DNA of 64,000 nucleotides from Tubulanus polymorphus (GCF_964204645.1 NC_134025.1:14074001-14138000), one strand, 5' to 3'. Shown: positions 47,928 through 62,547, counted from the stretch's first letter. Notes: generated from the sequence alone by a model not told the origin. Program-made: numbers and translations.

Positions 47928-48825
47928 AAACAAGAGCCACAAGGGGCACTATGGCTAGCCTGCAAGCTTTTCATAAAATGGCAAATGATGCATTTTTTGG
48001 GTTAAATTTGTCCAAATACACTCCCAGCTCGATAGACCAGGCTAATCCCAGGCTAATAATTTACACAATTCAATCGTGCTTTCATAAGTAGCACAGACAG
48101 CGACTGGAGCTGGCAGGAACAAATATCTCAGATAAATCTTTTCCCTTGGTCTTAGTGATTTGAATGCGGAATAGATTGAATTTTCTGAAATTTACTCAAT
48201 AAAACAAAATTGAATTGAATTTGCTGTTTAACCTTGTCCAATAAAGTAAAATTGAATTGGATTTGATTTTTTTGCAGAATATAATTTGATTGAATTTGCA
48301 GTTTGAGCACATGGCTAATTAGCATATCAAGGTCATACATCCGATTTTAGAAAAAGCTATTTTTCCCAGACTTTGCACAAATGTCAATGATATATTCCGT
48401 AGTGCAAATAAATATATTCCTCCCAAAAACCAAACAACTAAAGATTTCACAGAAATCGATATTGAAATACAATTATTCTAGATCTTACAATAAAACCCGG
48501 AAGTAAAACAGTAGACGATACCGCGGGTTCACGTGAACACCTGCGGCTAAGCCAATCATAGAGGAGTGTTTGCTTTCTGATTGGCTTTTTAAAACAGATA
48601 TTTTTGCGATCAGATTTTCGCGAAAAAGCCCATATAAATTTTAACGAGACCCTCCTTCAAAATTCAGCTTCATAGGGGTTGGAGAATGGATAATGCTCTA
48701 ATGAATGATTTGCATGAATATATGCCCAGTTGCACAGTCAAAAAAGCCTTTACTCTGGAAACCCATGTCATTTAAATTCGCTCCATTTGTATAGTAATAG
48801 GCTCAGCCTACGGCTGGCCTTAAAA
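47928..48825. mobile_element. HINE/Helentron-like element, copy 1
   Basis: AAACAAGAG start, ggctcagcctacggctggcc hairpin + A-run end; colinear with 50049-50950. Confidence 0.65.
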
Positions 48826-50048
48826 TTAAACCACATATTCTTATATAATGGAAATCAAAAAGCGAACATAGTCATGATATATAACACATTTCTAAATTAA
48901 TGAATATTAATTAACAAATGAATGCACAGAGTTAACATATTGAATGCACAGTTCAGCATATTTCTAGGTATAATGATAGGTATGATAATTAAAAACAAAA
49001 GTTTTCGACGAGTTAGTTAGCTGTAATCCATTACATCAAAGCAACAATTCAATGAATAGTTTTTCAGTTTTTATAAACTTGTTTCTTAAAATCATTAAAT
49101 CAATTCATCTTTCTGGCATTATTTCCTCTGGCATTTTTACACCCCTGTAAATTTTCAGCACAATATCCAATGCTAAACACCTTACTTTTAAGGTTTATTT
49201 GGTGTAAATCGGATTCCAAATATTCATGCGGAGGCCGGAGTCCGTGTGGGTGTACAGGTACGGTACGCTTTAGGATGTATATGCGGCCCATTTTCTGAGG
49301 CCCATTTTCCAATGACAAAATAAGACTGCAGCCACGCAGTTGGTCATTTGTTTTTTATGTCTTGAAAAGGATGGCTCCAATGCACTTGTCAATAAATAGT
49401 TGAGTCCAAGAGGAGCACCTATCTACAATCTTCCTATCTATCACTCAAGACAAGCGCGCTGTGCCTGAATACTTCTATTCAGATGATTTTAACGTTCGCC
49501 GCCACCGCTAGAAGTGCTAGTGTTCGGTCACCAAGGTCAAAGGCGGAATGAGAAGAAAATCATCCAAAATCAACAGTTTGAGTAAAATTTAACGAACTAT
49601 AAACCATAAGGAGTCACCGGGCACTGAAGATTGAAGTATTTTATAATTTTCAGTACATGAATGTACAGTTATATGCCCTTGATTCCTAAAAAATTACTTT
49701 AAATAAGATATATTAGCAATGCAATAACAAATGCTCTTACAGGCCATAGATGGCAGCACTATACGGTCATTATTATCAGATATTTTTGGAAACTACCTAC
49801 CATTATAATCTTGAAGATATAAAGGAGTTATCCATATAAGTTAGAACGATAAATTATACCAATAAAACGAAAGAACAGAATTATGACTGTAAAACTGTAG
49901 ATGTTAATTAAGATTCTATCACAAAGCTGCAACAAGTGAGTATACGTGTTGCGTAGATTCTCATGTGATGGATTAGACTTCTCCGATAAAATTGTCAAAA
50001 AGAGCTAAAAAACCAATTCAAAATATATAGTTTTGATCATCTAAAAAA

Positions 50049-50950
50049 AAACAAGAGCCCCAAGGGGCACTATGGCCAGCCTGTCAGATTTTCATAAAAT
50101 GGCAAATGATGATGCATTCTGTGGGTTAAATTTGTCAAAATACACTCCCAGCTCAGCGTCAATACCTAATAATTTACACAATACAATCGTAGAATACAAA
50201 CACAAAAGCACAGACAGCGACTGGATCTGGCAAGAACAAATACCTCAGATAAATCTTTTCCCTTGGTCTTATTGATTTTAATGAGGAATAGAATTGAATT
50301 TTCTGAAATTTGCTCAATAAAACAAAATTGAATTGGATTTGATGTTTTTATTTGTTCACTAAAGTAAAATTGAATTGAATTTGATATCTTTTTGCAGAAT
50401 AAAATTTGATTGAATTTGTAGTTTGAGAACATGGCTAATTAGCATATCAAGGTCATCTATCCGATTTAAGAAAAAGCTATTTTTCCCGGACTTTGCACAA
50501 TGGTCAATGATATTTTCTGTAGTGCTTATAAAAATATTCCTCCCAAAAACCAAATCAACTAAAGCTTTCACAGAAATCAATCTTGAAATACAATTTTAGA
50601 TCTTAAAATAAAACCGGGAAGTAAAACGGTAGACGATACCGCCGGTTCACGTGAACATGTGCTGATTTCTGCGGCTAAGCCAATCATAGAGGAGTCTTTG
50701 CTTTCTGATTGGCTTTTCAAAACCAATATTTTTGCGATCAGATATTCGCGAAAAAGCTCATATAAATTTTAACGAGACCCTCTTTCAAAATTCAGCTACG
50801 TAGAGTTTGGAGAATGGATAATGCTTTAATGTATGATTTGTATGAATATATGCTCAGTTGCACAGTAATAGAGTCTTTGCTCTGGAAACCATGTCATTTA
50901 AATTCGCTCCATTTGTATAGTAATAGGCTCAGCCTACGGCTGGCCTAAAA
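50049..50950. mobile_element. HINE/Helentron-like element, copy 2 (degenerate third copy ~60500-60950)
   Basis: ~900-bp direct repeat of 47928-48825. Confidence 0.65.
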
Positions 50951-52281
50951 ACTTCGAACCTTCTACAATTATATTTTTCTTGTGATACACACGCGAGCTC
51001 TGAAGCTCTTTCGGGGGGTTTGGGGCCCTCCCCAAATAAAATTTTAGAGATAAGAAGCGTTTTCCGAGCACTTAGAGCGATCTTGAACCCATGAATGAAT
51101 ATCATGTTTTGGAAGGTAATAGCTATTTCTAATGTGGCATATCCTCATTCGATGGCGATCAGCATTTCATGCATTACAGGTCGCACCCAGAATCATTGCA
51201 TTTAAGTTAACCAAAGCATGCTTCGCGCTTGGGTGTGGAACGCTTAGTTGGCAAGAAAATGTTTAAAAATAACATCTCTGACACTGTCTGTCACACTGCT
51301 CTCTGTGCGGCATTTTGGTCCGTAATTTCGTTAATAATCTGTGAATATTATGCATCAATTTGTTCGGTAAGGAATTTGCATTCACAAATAAATAATGAAT
51401 TGGCATAAAGTTGTTTGTGTTTTCATCTATAAGCGATAGTTTACGCTCGCGTAATGCTGAAAAACGGCTTTCGCGACCCGTAACGTGGTGCCACCTACAT
51501 TGTTTCGTTATGCTTATAAATAGGTGATAACAAAGCAACGTTTCCGAGCGTCCGCGGAGTAATTTTTTCAGCATTACGCAAGCTTATGCTGAGTAAACTA
51601 TCACTCATGAGTAAAAACAAACAGAACTTAGACGAATTAGAATGGCAAAATATTTCCAGATTTTTTTTGTTGTTGAAAGTTTTGATTTCTGTAGTCCGGA
51701 AAAACACGGAAGTCTGGCAACACTGAAGATATTAATCGCCGATCGATTAAAAAATATACCAATAGTGCACGCTGCCTTCATACGTAAATCCCCAAAAATC
51801 ATTTTCTTTTCCATCTCACAGAAAACAGCTATTTCCTGTTGCACTAGATCTTTATTCTTCGTAGAATAATCACATATCTCCAGTGTTTATTGGATCGATG
51901 AACAGTCATCTGTATAGTTTTACGGTGGCGTATTGTAATATGATTCAGGATCGATTTATTCAACTTTTATGATGGCACTACATTGGAAAATATTGTAATA
52001 CATTAGTATAGGATTGTACTACTAGCAGATTACGTATGTGGTGGCGGTACACGAGAGGCGGTAAATTGGGGTTTTTCCTGTATATCTTAGATACAAATGA
52101 TGTTTTCCATGAAATCCAGGTGGAAGTTAAATCAAGGTATGACTGTATATACAGCTGTATCAACTGAAATCTAATGAGAAATCTGCGTTGATATACATGT
52201 AAGGACTTGGTAGATCTTCATCATTTATATTCAGCATTTTATTACAATTCAACATTGCATACTTCGATTGTCCAAGTACAT

Positions 52282-52437
52282 TTATTCATAATCATCATCG
52301 CTATCGTCATCATCATCATCATCATCATCGTCCATGTCATCAGAATCTGATCCACTTTCACCATCTTTGTCCTCTTCTTCATCAGATATTTCCCACTGAG
52401 GATGGCTCTCCACCTTGCGTGCTTCTTTTACATCGAG
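52282..52437 (-). CDS. Probable terminal coding exon of a host gene (acidic tail)
   Basis: ttttgcag acceptor, then open frame LDVKEARKVESHPQWEISDEEEDKDGESGSDSDDMDDDD..SDDDYE*; gene not identified. Confidence 0.55.
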   Translation of the reverse strand, partial: LDVKEARKVESHPQWEISDEEEDKDGESGSDSDDMDDDDDDDDDDSDDDYE

Positions 52438-52885
52438 CTGCAAAAGTCACATAATTTTCATGATGGTTAGTAAACAAATGTGGCCTGATGTATGAAATAT
52501 TTGTATCACACAGTCACAGAGGTAACTTAACACTGTCAATAACACCTAATAATTTTCAAATACCCTTTCCAAAATTTTCTACATACATGGGTGGATCAAG
52601 AAGGACCAGACATTGTGAATCAGGGGTGAGAACCAGGGATTATGAAAAAAAAAAGCGGGACTTTTGATTAAAATTTCTGTTAATTACTGAAATTGCAGCT
52701 AAACTACAACATAGGCACATAACTCAAAGTGGGGGTTCCCAGCATGGTTTCCAAAAGTCTTGTTTCAATTCTAGATGGCACCAAGGACTGGTTATTTTTT
52801 CATAGTAGTTTATATTGGCAATACTAGATGGCAGCACATAACGAAAATCTTTGGGTGAGTACTGTCAAGCAAGCTAAAATACTCA

Positions 52886-54194
52886 ACCCCAGTGAAGTTC
52901 ATTACATGTTCCTTATTCTGCTACTTATTCAGAATTCATCTCCCAATAAGGAACAAGTAACTTCTTACTTGTTACTTATTCGGATTTTCTTGTTGGTTAC
53001 TTATTGAGAATTCATCTCCCAATAAGGAACAAGTAACATGTTACTTGTTCCTTATTCAGATTTTCTTGTTACTTATTGAGAATTCATCTCCCAATAAGGA
53101 ACAAGTAACATGTTACTTGTTCCTTATTCAGATTTTCGTCTTTACCGGTTCAATTTTCGTTACTTATTGAGAATTCATCTCCCAATAAGGAACAAGTAAC
53201 TTGTTACTTGTTACTTACTCAGATTTTCTTGTTACTTATTGAGAATTCATCTCCCAATAAGGAACAAGTAAGGAACAAGATTTTCTCGCTGTTACTTATT
53301 CGCCAGGTGGCGCTGGTATACACTATTCCGTAGTCCAGACATTTTACATAACCACGTCTACTGTGCTGAAAAACAAACTCGACCTCGACCTTGACCTTGA
53401 CAACAAATCGCCAGGTGATGGCGCGAGCCAATCCAGACATCTAAACACGATTGCGTTACCACGTGTGCCGACCGCGAGAGCGGTCAACTGTAGCTACGTC
53501 AGTAAGTTGCGTCTATTAATAACTTGGTTTAAGAACGTGTGTATTGCTCGGTCGTTTTTCTCGTCACCGAATCGACAAGTTACTTGTTCCTTATTGGGAG
53601 ATGAATTCTCAATAAGTAACGAAAATTGAACCGGTAAAGACGAAAATCTGAATAAGGAACAAGGAACAAGTAACATGTTACTTGTTCCTTATTGGGAGAT
53701 GAACCAACAAGAAAATCTGAATAAGGAACAAGTAACAAGTTACTTGTACCTTATTGGGAGATGAATTCTCAATAAGTAACAAGAAAATCTGAATAAGGAA
53801 CAAGTAACATGTTACTTGTTCCTTATTGGGAGATGAATTCTCAATAAGTAACGGAAATTGAACCGGTAAAGACGAAAATCTGAATAAGGAACAAGTAACA
53901 TGTTACTTGTTCCTTATTGGGAGATGAACCAACAAGAAAATCTGAATAAGGAACAAGTAACAAGTTACTTGTACCTTATTGGGAGATGAATTCTCAATAA
54001 GTAACGAAAATTGAACCGGTAAAGATGAAAATCTGAACAAGGAACAAGTAACATGTTACTTGTTCCTTATTGGGAGATGAACCAACAAGAAAATCTGAAT
54101 AAGGAACAAGTAACATGTTACTTGTTCCTTATTGGGAGATGAATTCTGAATAAGTAACGGAATAAGGAACAAGTAATGAACTTCACTGGGGGGT
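52886..54194. mobile_element. Foldback-type element with modular tandem-repeat TIRs and a 9-bp TSD
   Basis: ACCCCAGTGAAGTTCATTAC...GTAATGAACTTCACTGGGGGGT; TSD AAATACTCA at 52877-52885 and 54195-54203. Confidence 0.85.
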
Positions 54195-55408
54195 AAATAC
54201 TCAGTCTTGTGAGCCAAAACATAATGCCAGACACAGCAAACCTCCCACCCCCTTACTTTCTCAACGGATCTAGACAATTTGGAAAGCTTGTTTTTTAAAA
54301 TTTATCATCACAAAAAAGCGGGAAATTCTCATCCCTGGTAAATGTTTGTCAAAATATGAAATACAAATACAACAGTGCCCATTCTGAAATCCGATATCAT
54401 ATTAATGCCATGTAATTTTAACTGAGATAAGATGGGTACATTGGTATAAGGGACACCAATCCATGCATCATGTTGGATGAGGCCAAGACACAATGCTTTC
54501 AATTATTACAATGGGTTTGAGTACAGTTTACTTTGAGCACTAAAATGGATTGGTTGTGGGGTTTGCAACCTGTGATCAGTTTGAAAGGCATTCTGCTGTT
54601 CGTGTTAGGAGATCAACTGACTCGTTTTTCAAGTTTTTCAGTGTGCGGACCTAAGTTTTGGAATCCCCTACCATTTGATGTAAAAAACTCTTTTCACATT
54701 GGATACATTTAAATCATCACTTAAGACATGGCTCTTCCATAAACACATCATGGAGAAACAAGCGTTTTGAGCTCTTGTATGGAAAAGCACTTGCTATTAT
54801 CATTATCATAATGTATAAAGATGGTGCACAACACCACTGTAGTAAGCAGGTTCAACTATGATGATATACATGGTAATAGGTTTTTTCCCTTTGACCCACT
54901 AGCTAATTGTAGAAGAATCAATACAAGGTTAATTCTATATACATTGGATGCTGAAGGGCTTTACCAGAGATGTCATTATCAAGAAACAAAGTCAAGCAAA
55001 GAACAATTCATTGAAGTTTCGCTTATTTTCCCTCAGTGCTTTTAAATGGCTAATACTAATTGATGAAACTTTCTATATTAATACCAACACCTATTTCTTT
55101 CTGAATGGCAAAATATCAGCTGTCTATATCCAGTGGTTACATTTGTGCCACCACCAGCTAACAGAAAGTTAGTCTCAGAACCATTCTATAAGGAAAAAGC
55201 AGGAATGTCCCCGAAGATAACTGATGCCGCAACATCAGGTGAAACATGTGAGTGAAATATACACCCAGTCAACCTGTCGTTTAGATAGTTATTGTTTCTT
55301 GAACCTGCATCGTGGGTGTTCACGCAGTTACCCACAGTCTCTAGGATAGCTCATCCTTCGAATTTCACCTAGTTATCTTAAACCATTTATGAGTAAGAGA
55401 CCGGAAAT

Positions 55409-56128
55409 GAACAAGAGGCCCATGGGCCTTATACCTTCATGACGCAGTAGAAGAATGATTCAGTATTCAAAGTTTAACGGAACGATTTACATTGTAACAA
55501 TGTAACAAGTTTTATAATAGTTAAGATGGTATAGGCTAAGTGGCGATAATGTTCATTTTCTGTTTATTGATCCTTACACGAAAAGACAAGCCCATTTTAG
55601 CTGCCCCAAAGATCACACTACATGAAAAAATGCATCAAGAATTGGTGTAGGCATCGTGCTGAAAAGAAATCCAAGATGGATCGCAACTCTGGTGGCCATA
55701 CTTGAACTCAATTTTCAATAAGGGGTAGACATTTCACCTACCAAAATTCTTACACCTAGTATCATGAAAATGCATCAAGAATTGCAGGCCATTTCGTGCT
55801 AGAAATTCATAATGGCTGACCTGGCGGCCATATTTGAAAGCCGATGACCTCTATATACAAATGGCATGGACAGCTTACCTACCCTGATCCTCATACCAAA
55901 TTTTGTGGAAATCCATCAAGAATTGCGGGCTGCGTCGTGCAAACAAGAAATTCAAGATGGTCACCCCAATGGCAGCCATATTTGATCACCAATGACATTT
56001 TTTACAATAGGGTTGGACACCTCGCCAGACCCAATCTTCAAGCTAATTTTCAAAAAGATTCATCGCAAATTACAGGCGAATAACTGTGTCGAATTCCATT
56101 CAATTCCAGAGGGCCTGGCTTAGGCCTA
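55409..56128. mobile_element. HINE-like element with ~142-bp internal repeats
   Basis: AACAAGAGGCCCATGGGCC start; aaatgcatcaagaattg..cgtgc..aagatgg..ggccatatttga units at ~55621, 55762, 55905, 56050. Confidence 0.55.
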
Positions 56129-56904
56129 TGCAATAGGAGTCAATTAAGATTCGACAGCACAGGTGCCTATTCAAATCACATGTAATTAACAAAATTCAGT
56201 GCTTCTTAGTTTGATGTCCCTGTTTTCATCGCGCACGTGGTTGAAATTATTGTTTACATCGAACGTCTGTCAATCATCTTAATTGATTCATATACTAAAA
56301 TGCTCACTATGAAAAACTACGCGGTGAATCGATCCGGAATTTTTCAGTAGAATGTCAGACACAAGGTACCTTTCTTTAAAGGTTCGTTTGATGTCATTAA
56401 CAATCAGTTATATAATACTTTATCATACCTTTGAAGCGGCGCGCCTGCTGCGAACGCTCAAGCAAGGTCAGTCACGTAGGCCAACGATAACACGAAACAG
56501 ATGACGGTTTTGCCGGTTAAGAGCATCTCTCCAAATAAATTAGAGGGACTGTAATGGACCATTTGTTGACACTAACCTTTAATAAACTTCGTATGGATAC
56601 AATCAAGATAATTCCACCCTATAATTCCACTATTCAACGATCCATGCGCAGCTTAAACATGGCGCCGCCATTCATTACGCTACTCACAATGTATCTCTAC
56701 ACACATCAACATCACACTTGAATTATAAGTGTTGACTTATGAGAAACTGATCGAAATCTAGCAATTTGATTAGGAAAATAGCAGCACTATAGTTAAAAAA
56801 TTGCCCATGGGCAAAGTGTGGTTTACCTTGAAAGCTAGAGGTCGTTTGGAATAAGGGCATTGCTTGAAAAATCTTTTTAATTTGTGACTTCAAAGTTCCA
56901 CATA

Positions 56905-57512
56905 CCGTATTTTCCGGCCAATAAGCCGATTTTCTAGCCTCAGATTTTTACCCAAAATATCATGATCAGCTTATTGGGCGGATACGATCTGACATAAAAA
57001 ATCACTTCCCGATCTATGCCACTCTAATGCTCTCAATGATCGCCAAAATCAAGAAAAGTGGTCGATATTTATTTGAGGTCATTATTTACTACCAATTATA
57101 ATCTATTTTGAACTATTTTATTTTTACTTTGATTGTTCCATCACCGCACAGCGGCAATGGTATACATTTATATAACGCGCGAGTTCATCGTACTACCACG
57201 TGTCAGTTCATACATTAGTATATATGCAAATCAGCAGTGAGCCGCGTACTGCGTGTATGGCTGTGTGTATAGTAATCAGCTGAGTGAGTCTATATATAGC
57301 ACAGTCACTCGGCGATGATAGTATACACAGCACTCTCACACATCGGCGGGCGCTACTGTCAGCCTCTTAAATCGTCAATTAAGACAAACTAATTGACAAA
57401 TCAGTGAATTAAAATCTCTGATGAAGGGCCTCGGCTTATTGGGCGAAGCTTTATGAAATCCATGTATTTTAGGCTAAAAAACTGCCCTCGGCTTATTGGC
57501 CGGAAAATACAG
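56905..57512. mobile_element. Tc1/mariner-pogo-type MITE (TA TSD)
   Basis: TA|CCGTATTTTCCGGCCAATAAGCCGA...TCGGCTTATTGGCCGGAAAATACAG|TA. Confidence 0.82.
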
Positions 57513-60500
57513 TAATTATATTTTATTTTATCTTTCTTGAAAAATTATTTTGTAGTCAAATAAGACCAAAGATATACATTTGTTTGCGGTCCACGTCCAA
57601 AAGTTTGTAGGGTACAGGTAAGCGACAGGGAAACTATTTTATATTTTCCAAAAAAATATGTTTCACAATATGAAAAAATGTTCAAACAAGGCCATCCCAA
57701 AATAATTGTCTGTTTGCCGTAACACCGACTCAACTTTTCAGGATGAGTCGGTAGGTAGGTTGCAAAATTTTTGGAAAAAAAAACAAATTAATCACCTTTT
57801 TTACATGGAAACAATATCGCAAAAATCATCTACGTTGTGCACGGGAAATTTGTCTTAAAGTGTAGATTTCGAGAATTATTCTAAGATTATGACTACGTCC
57901 AGAGCGTCAACTCTGTGTTAAAAATGAAACAGTACATTGAATATGCGCGCGGTTTTACGTTACAAGCTTTAAATATATAAGAATGATTAAATGAGAAACG
58001 AAGGTATCATTTTAGCCATGTGGATTTTTAATCCATATGCTATCATGTTATACTTACCATGACCACGGGACATAGTCTGCTTTCGGCACAGTTGCCAAGA
58101 ACCCATGACATAGGCCAATGACCATGCAGTCCATGGGGTACAAGCTTCACATCAATGTGTTTTGAAGCTGTTCACATACTGAACCAAAGGCCAACTGCTA
58201 ACTGTACCCTTAGGGCCTGGAGCTAGTCTAACAATTCACCAAATGGAACGGAATGAATATTTTACCAGGAGTCTCATTAAAATTCTTGAATGATATCTTC
58301 GAAAGATTGGTTATGGAAATCTTTGATTTGACTTGACAAATTTTTGATAGATCCAGAGAATGTTACAAAACTACGATGAGGGCATTACTGGCCGGTTACA
58401 GAAGTTAGTTACCTAATCGTAGGTGGTTAAAGCTATTATGATCGGAAGGGGTATTTGTGAAAATATCCAAACATGAAACTAAACCATCCAGTCGAGGTTA
58501 AAACTACTTACTGACGAAATTAAGTTTACTGACTTAAGGTTTTTAATGGTTTCACAATAGGATAACTTTTTATAGTTAATGTCACGAATAATATTTCCTC
58601 ACTAATTCAAGACCTTTTTGACAAAATGAGTGCGTGAATTGTAGCCTACGCGCAAACTGTTCCTTACCACGCGTTATCTATTACTGATATATACATGGTG
58701 TATAAGGCGATATTGCCAATGGGACCGTACCTAATCCAAATCACCAATGTGTCAACATTCAACACACCAAGAAAATACTTTCGGGCAATAAACGATGAAA
58801 TAAATTTCTCGATATCTTTATGCGGAAATAAACAACTAAATCAGTGAATAAGCCTATGTAAAGTGCTATTTCAAAATGTATGTGTGGCACTATTTTAAAC
58901 GCGGACTGATTACTTCTAGACAGGGGCGGCATAAACTTATGAAGTATTAATATTCTAATTAACTAGATTAAATCTTGAAGTGACAGATGTGTAAATACAA
59001 TTCATTTAATTCATCCCCAAAAAATTAAATTAAAATTTAATTTAATTTAATTCAGTGAAGAAATCAAATTCAATTTTATTTGATATGAGTCATAGGAAAA
59101 AACCTGATCTGAAGGGGCCGATTCAGTTACAAATCCTGTGACAAACAGATGCCTCACAAGTTTACTTTTATAGATTATGTGATCATCTGCCGTTTTATAG
59201 CCCATGATTTAATTTCATTCTCTAAATTGGGGGGATCTAGTCAATAATTACATAAGTGGGACCAGGACTGCTTAACTCATCGCCTGCGAAAAACGTACTG
59301 GTATGTTCGATATCTCCCATCACTTACTTGCCTGCCGAAAGCATACTGGTATGGTTGACTTGTTTCTTAACTTAGACGATAGATGGCGAATTCATCGCAC
59401 AACACCAGTTAGTTTGATGCCCATTATTACTAAAACAAACTATCATCAGTCATTCTATGCAGTGTGTTAGTGACGTCATCTATAGAAATTGGGGCTGAAC
59501 ACTCATGAATAAGCATATTTTCTGCAAAATACCCCCTCGGCACTGGTGATTGCTGCAGATTTGATCACTCTTAGAAGAAATGCTGCCTATTTTACATGAA
59601 AAAGCAAGACCACATGAACAAAATACAACAAATTTGATGAAGATATCTCTTCTAGTTTTTGTTTCATGAATCTCTGAAAAACACGGAAATCCTGGGAAAG
59701 CGCAGCATTTCCTGAAAAATAGGCCTGGCAGGCAAAGAGTTAAGAATTGTATCGTGTTAACAACAGGACAATAATATCCCGGGCAATTAAACACATGGCC
59801 TAGGCTGTATTATGGAATTGGAAACGTAGTCAGAGGCGACATTGCACCGACTAAATTATCAGCACTGCTTAGTATTTTCAGGTCACAAGAAATTACAATT
59901 CATTCTACTGCAAAATAAAATATAATTTATCGAAAATACGGAATGTCACTTTCTGAACAAACGCATGATCAATGAAGAAGTGATTACCCGGCTTAAAGGA
60001 TGCAAATAAAGGTTTTAAATTTTACTTTTACCTACATCAAGCATCTTTCTTTAAAATTAATTCACGTTTTCAAGTAAGTTTTTAGTAGGTGATGTCACCA
60101 AAGCTTAAGTCAGATTTTAAATTCATGAAAAAGCTACCAATTTACCAACTGAATGGCGAGCGAGCCCATGAAAATGACTTAACATGCACTCTGTTTGGTC
60201 AACTTAGAAATGAAATTGTCAATTTTTTAGAATGATAGTTCTTGAATGACAACTTTGAAACTTTGATAACAGGAACTTCAGACTACAAAATAATACTATA
60301 ATTCTAATAGATTGCGACATAAACATTTAGCAGAAACTGCTTACGCAAAGTTAAGTTCCTCAAATTTTAGGGCATATCAAATGAAACAAAGCCAGTTACT
60401 GACAAAGATTGACAAAATATTTCTACCCACCTACCGACTCATCCTGAAAACTTGAGTCGGTGTTACGGCAAACAGACAATTATTTTGGGATGGCCTAACA

Positions 60501-61023
60501 GGGACACTGGGGCTGGCACGAACGAATACCTTAGATCAACCTTTACCGATCGTCTTATGTATAAATTTGAATGTAGAATAAAATAAAATTGAATTTAATT
60601 AACTTGATTTTTTGCTCAATAAAGTAAAGTGACTTGGATTTGATATTTCTTGCGGAATAAAATTTTATTGAATTTCGTGCACAATTCGTGCACATAGCTA
60701 ATTCGCATATCAAGGTCATCCATCCGATTTGAGAAAAAGATATTTTTCCCGAAAAATTGTCAAGGATGAATATTCAGATGTGCAAATAGAACTTCACAAA
60801 AACCAAATTGACTAATGGTATAACTAGACTGGTTCCCGGTCTCTACCTTCAGCTATTGTAACTGAGAATGCAGGTGCCGCAGAAAAAGACCAGGTGACCA
60901 GCCTATGGTAACACAGGAATCGATCTTGAAATACAATTTTAAATCTTAAAAATTAAGGATTTTGATTATCTAGACTCTCTACCTAAGATCTACTTCTACT
61001 GCACTAAACCGAGAGCAATATAT

Positions 61024-62547
61024 GTGAAGGATTTCTGCAAATGTGAAAAGTTGTATCTGAAATGGTATAAACTACTATTAGATGTTTCATATTTTCAACG
61101 ATGTACTGAACTACGGGTGTGTCCAAAGTTCCTGCTATTTAAACCTCCGAAGCTGAATGCATACAGAAAACTAGACAACATAAAACTCGAGATTATGAAA
61201 AACCAAATTGGGAACTTACGGAAAGACCTCTTTTCAACCGAAAGAAAACTGAAAAAATTGAAATCCGAAATCTGTGGGAAGTTAACTTGGATCCAAATTA
61301 TAGTATGACTAACAAGACTGAATCAACTGGGCAAAAGAGTGTCATATTACACACAACATCGGCATGAAAAGAAACTTCTCAACTTATGGAAACAGCAAGG
61401 CCATCCTGCACCCGATTGTCTCATAAACCATTCAAAATACAAACTCTCTCCCGAAGAAACTGAAGTTTTACGTTACGGCTTAAAACACCATGTGCTTCCG
61501 AAAAACTTAAGTGAAATAGACATTAAATCTCGTGTGGAAAAAAACCGTGTTTAACAAAAACGGAATAATAAATGGTGGTAACTCGAGCACGAGCAGTTGC
61601 TTTATTGAAAACCTCCGACATGCAACAACCGCGTTTCTTAACAGTGCGAAATCGGGTTTTCACGAAACCATCGAAAAACTCAGAAACAATCCAGATATAA
61701 AAATTTGTTCGTTCGATAAGGGAAATGGTATTGTCATTTTAGATTCCTCTGAATACTTCGAGAAACTGGATAAGATCATTTTCGATAAGAACAAATTTGT
61801 CGAAATTAAGAACACTCGAAAAAATCAGCCAATTATAATCAACGAGACTTTCCTTTCAGACCTGTAGTTTCGATGATCGGCACTGCTGAATACAATCTGG
61901 CCAAGTATCTGGACAAAATTATCAAACCACATATTTCTATCAATTCCATGCTTAACAGTACCTGGGAATTCCTGGAAAGGCTTAAGGATTTCATCTTTCA
62001 CCCTTCTGATATACTCATTAGTTTCAATATCGAATCTCTGTTTACAAACGTACCGCTCCAAGAAACTATAGACCTGATTTCAGATTATATGTACAAATCA
62101 GATTCCAAACCCTCGTATGATAAGGCTATGTTTAAACAACTTCTCAATATCGCAACATCTGGAATGTTTATGTACAACAATTGTCTTTTTAAAAAAATTG
62201 ATGGTGTAACCATGGGCAGCCCATTAGGCCCTACTTTAGCTAACTTCTGTCTGGCACATTTTGAGAATTTACTATTGACTGATTGCAAATTCAAACCCAC
62301 ATTGTACCTTAGATATGTTGATGACATTTTCTGTATTCACAATTCATTTTTTGATGCATTAAATACTATGCATCCCAATCTGAAATTGACTTTAGAACTT
62401 GGCCCGAACATTTTACCCTTTAAGGATACTCTCATTCAAGCACTGCCTGACCCTTGCAGTACTAATTTCATCTCACGCATCTATAGAAAAGCTTCTAATA
62501 CTGGATTACTTTTGAACTTTAATGCAATGTGTCCTTACAAATGGTAA
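61024..62547 (+). pseudogene. Decayed Penelope-like RT (second family)
   Basis: LRYGLKH, DKGNGIVILD, YNLAKYL, SFNIESLFTNVP, DGVTMGSPLGP, RYVDDIF, YRKASNTG across several frames. Confidence 0.85.

Noticed and set aside
47549-49217. DNA transposon with GGAATCC..GGATTCC ends and 15-bp subterminal repeats
   Set aside because: Inverted 15-bp repeats are real (47556-47665, 49113-49140) but no TSD or clear TIR could be confirmed
52900-54180. CRISPR-like array of palindromic repeats
   Set aside because: Linkers are reused modules rather than unique spacers; no cas genes; bounded by TIRs and a TSD
37200-60900. Numerous 60-160 aa ORFs
   Set aside because: Lie in repeats or intron-like DNA, often with non-ATG starts and no recognisable domains
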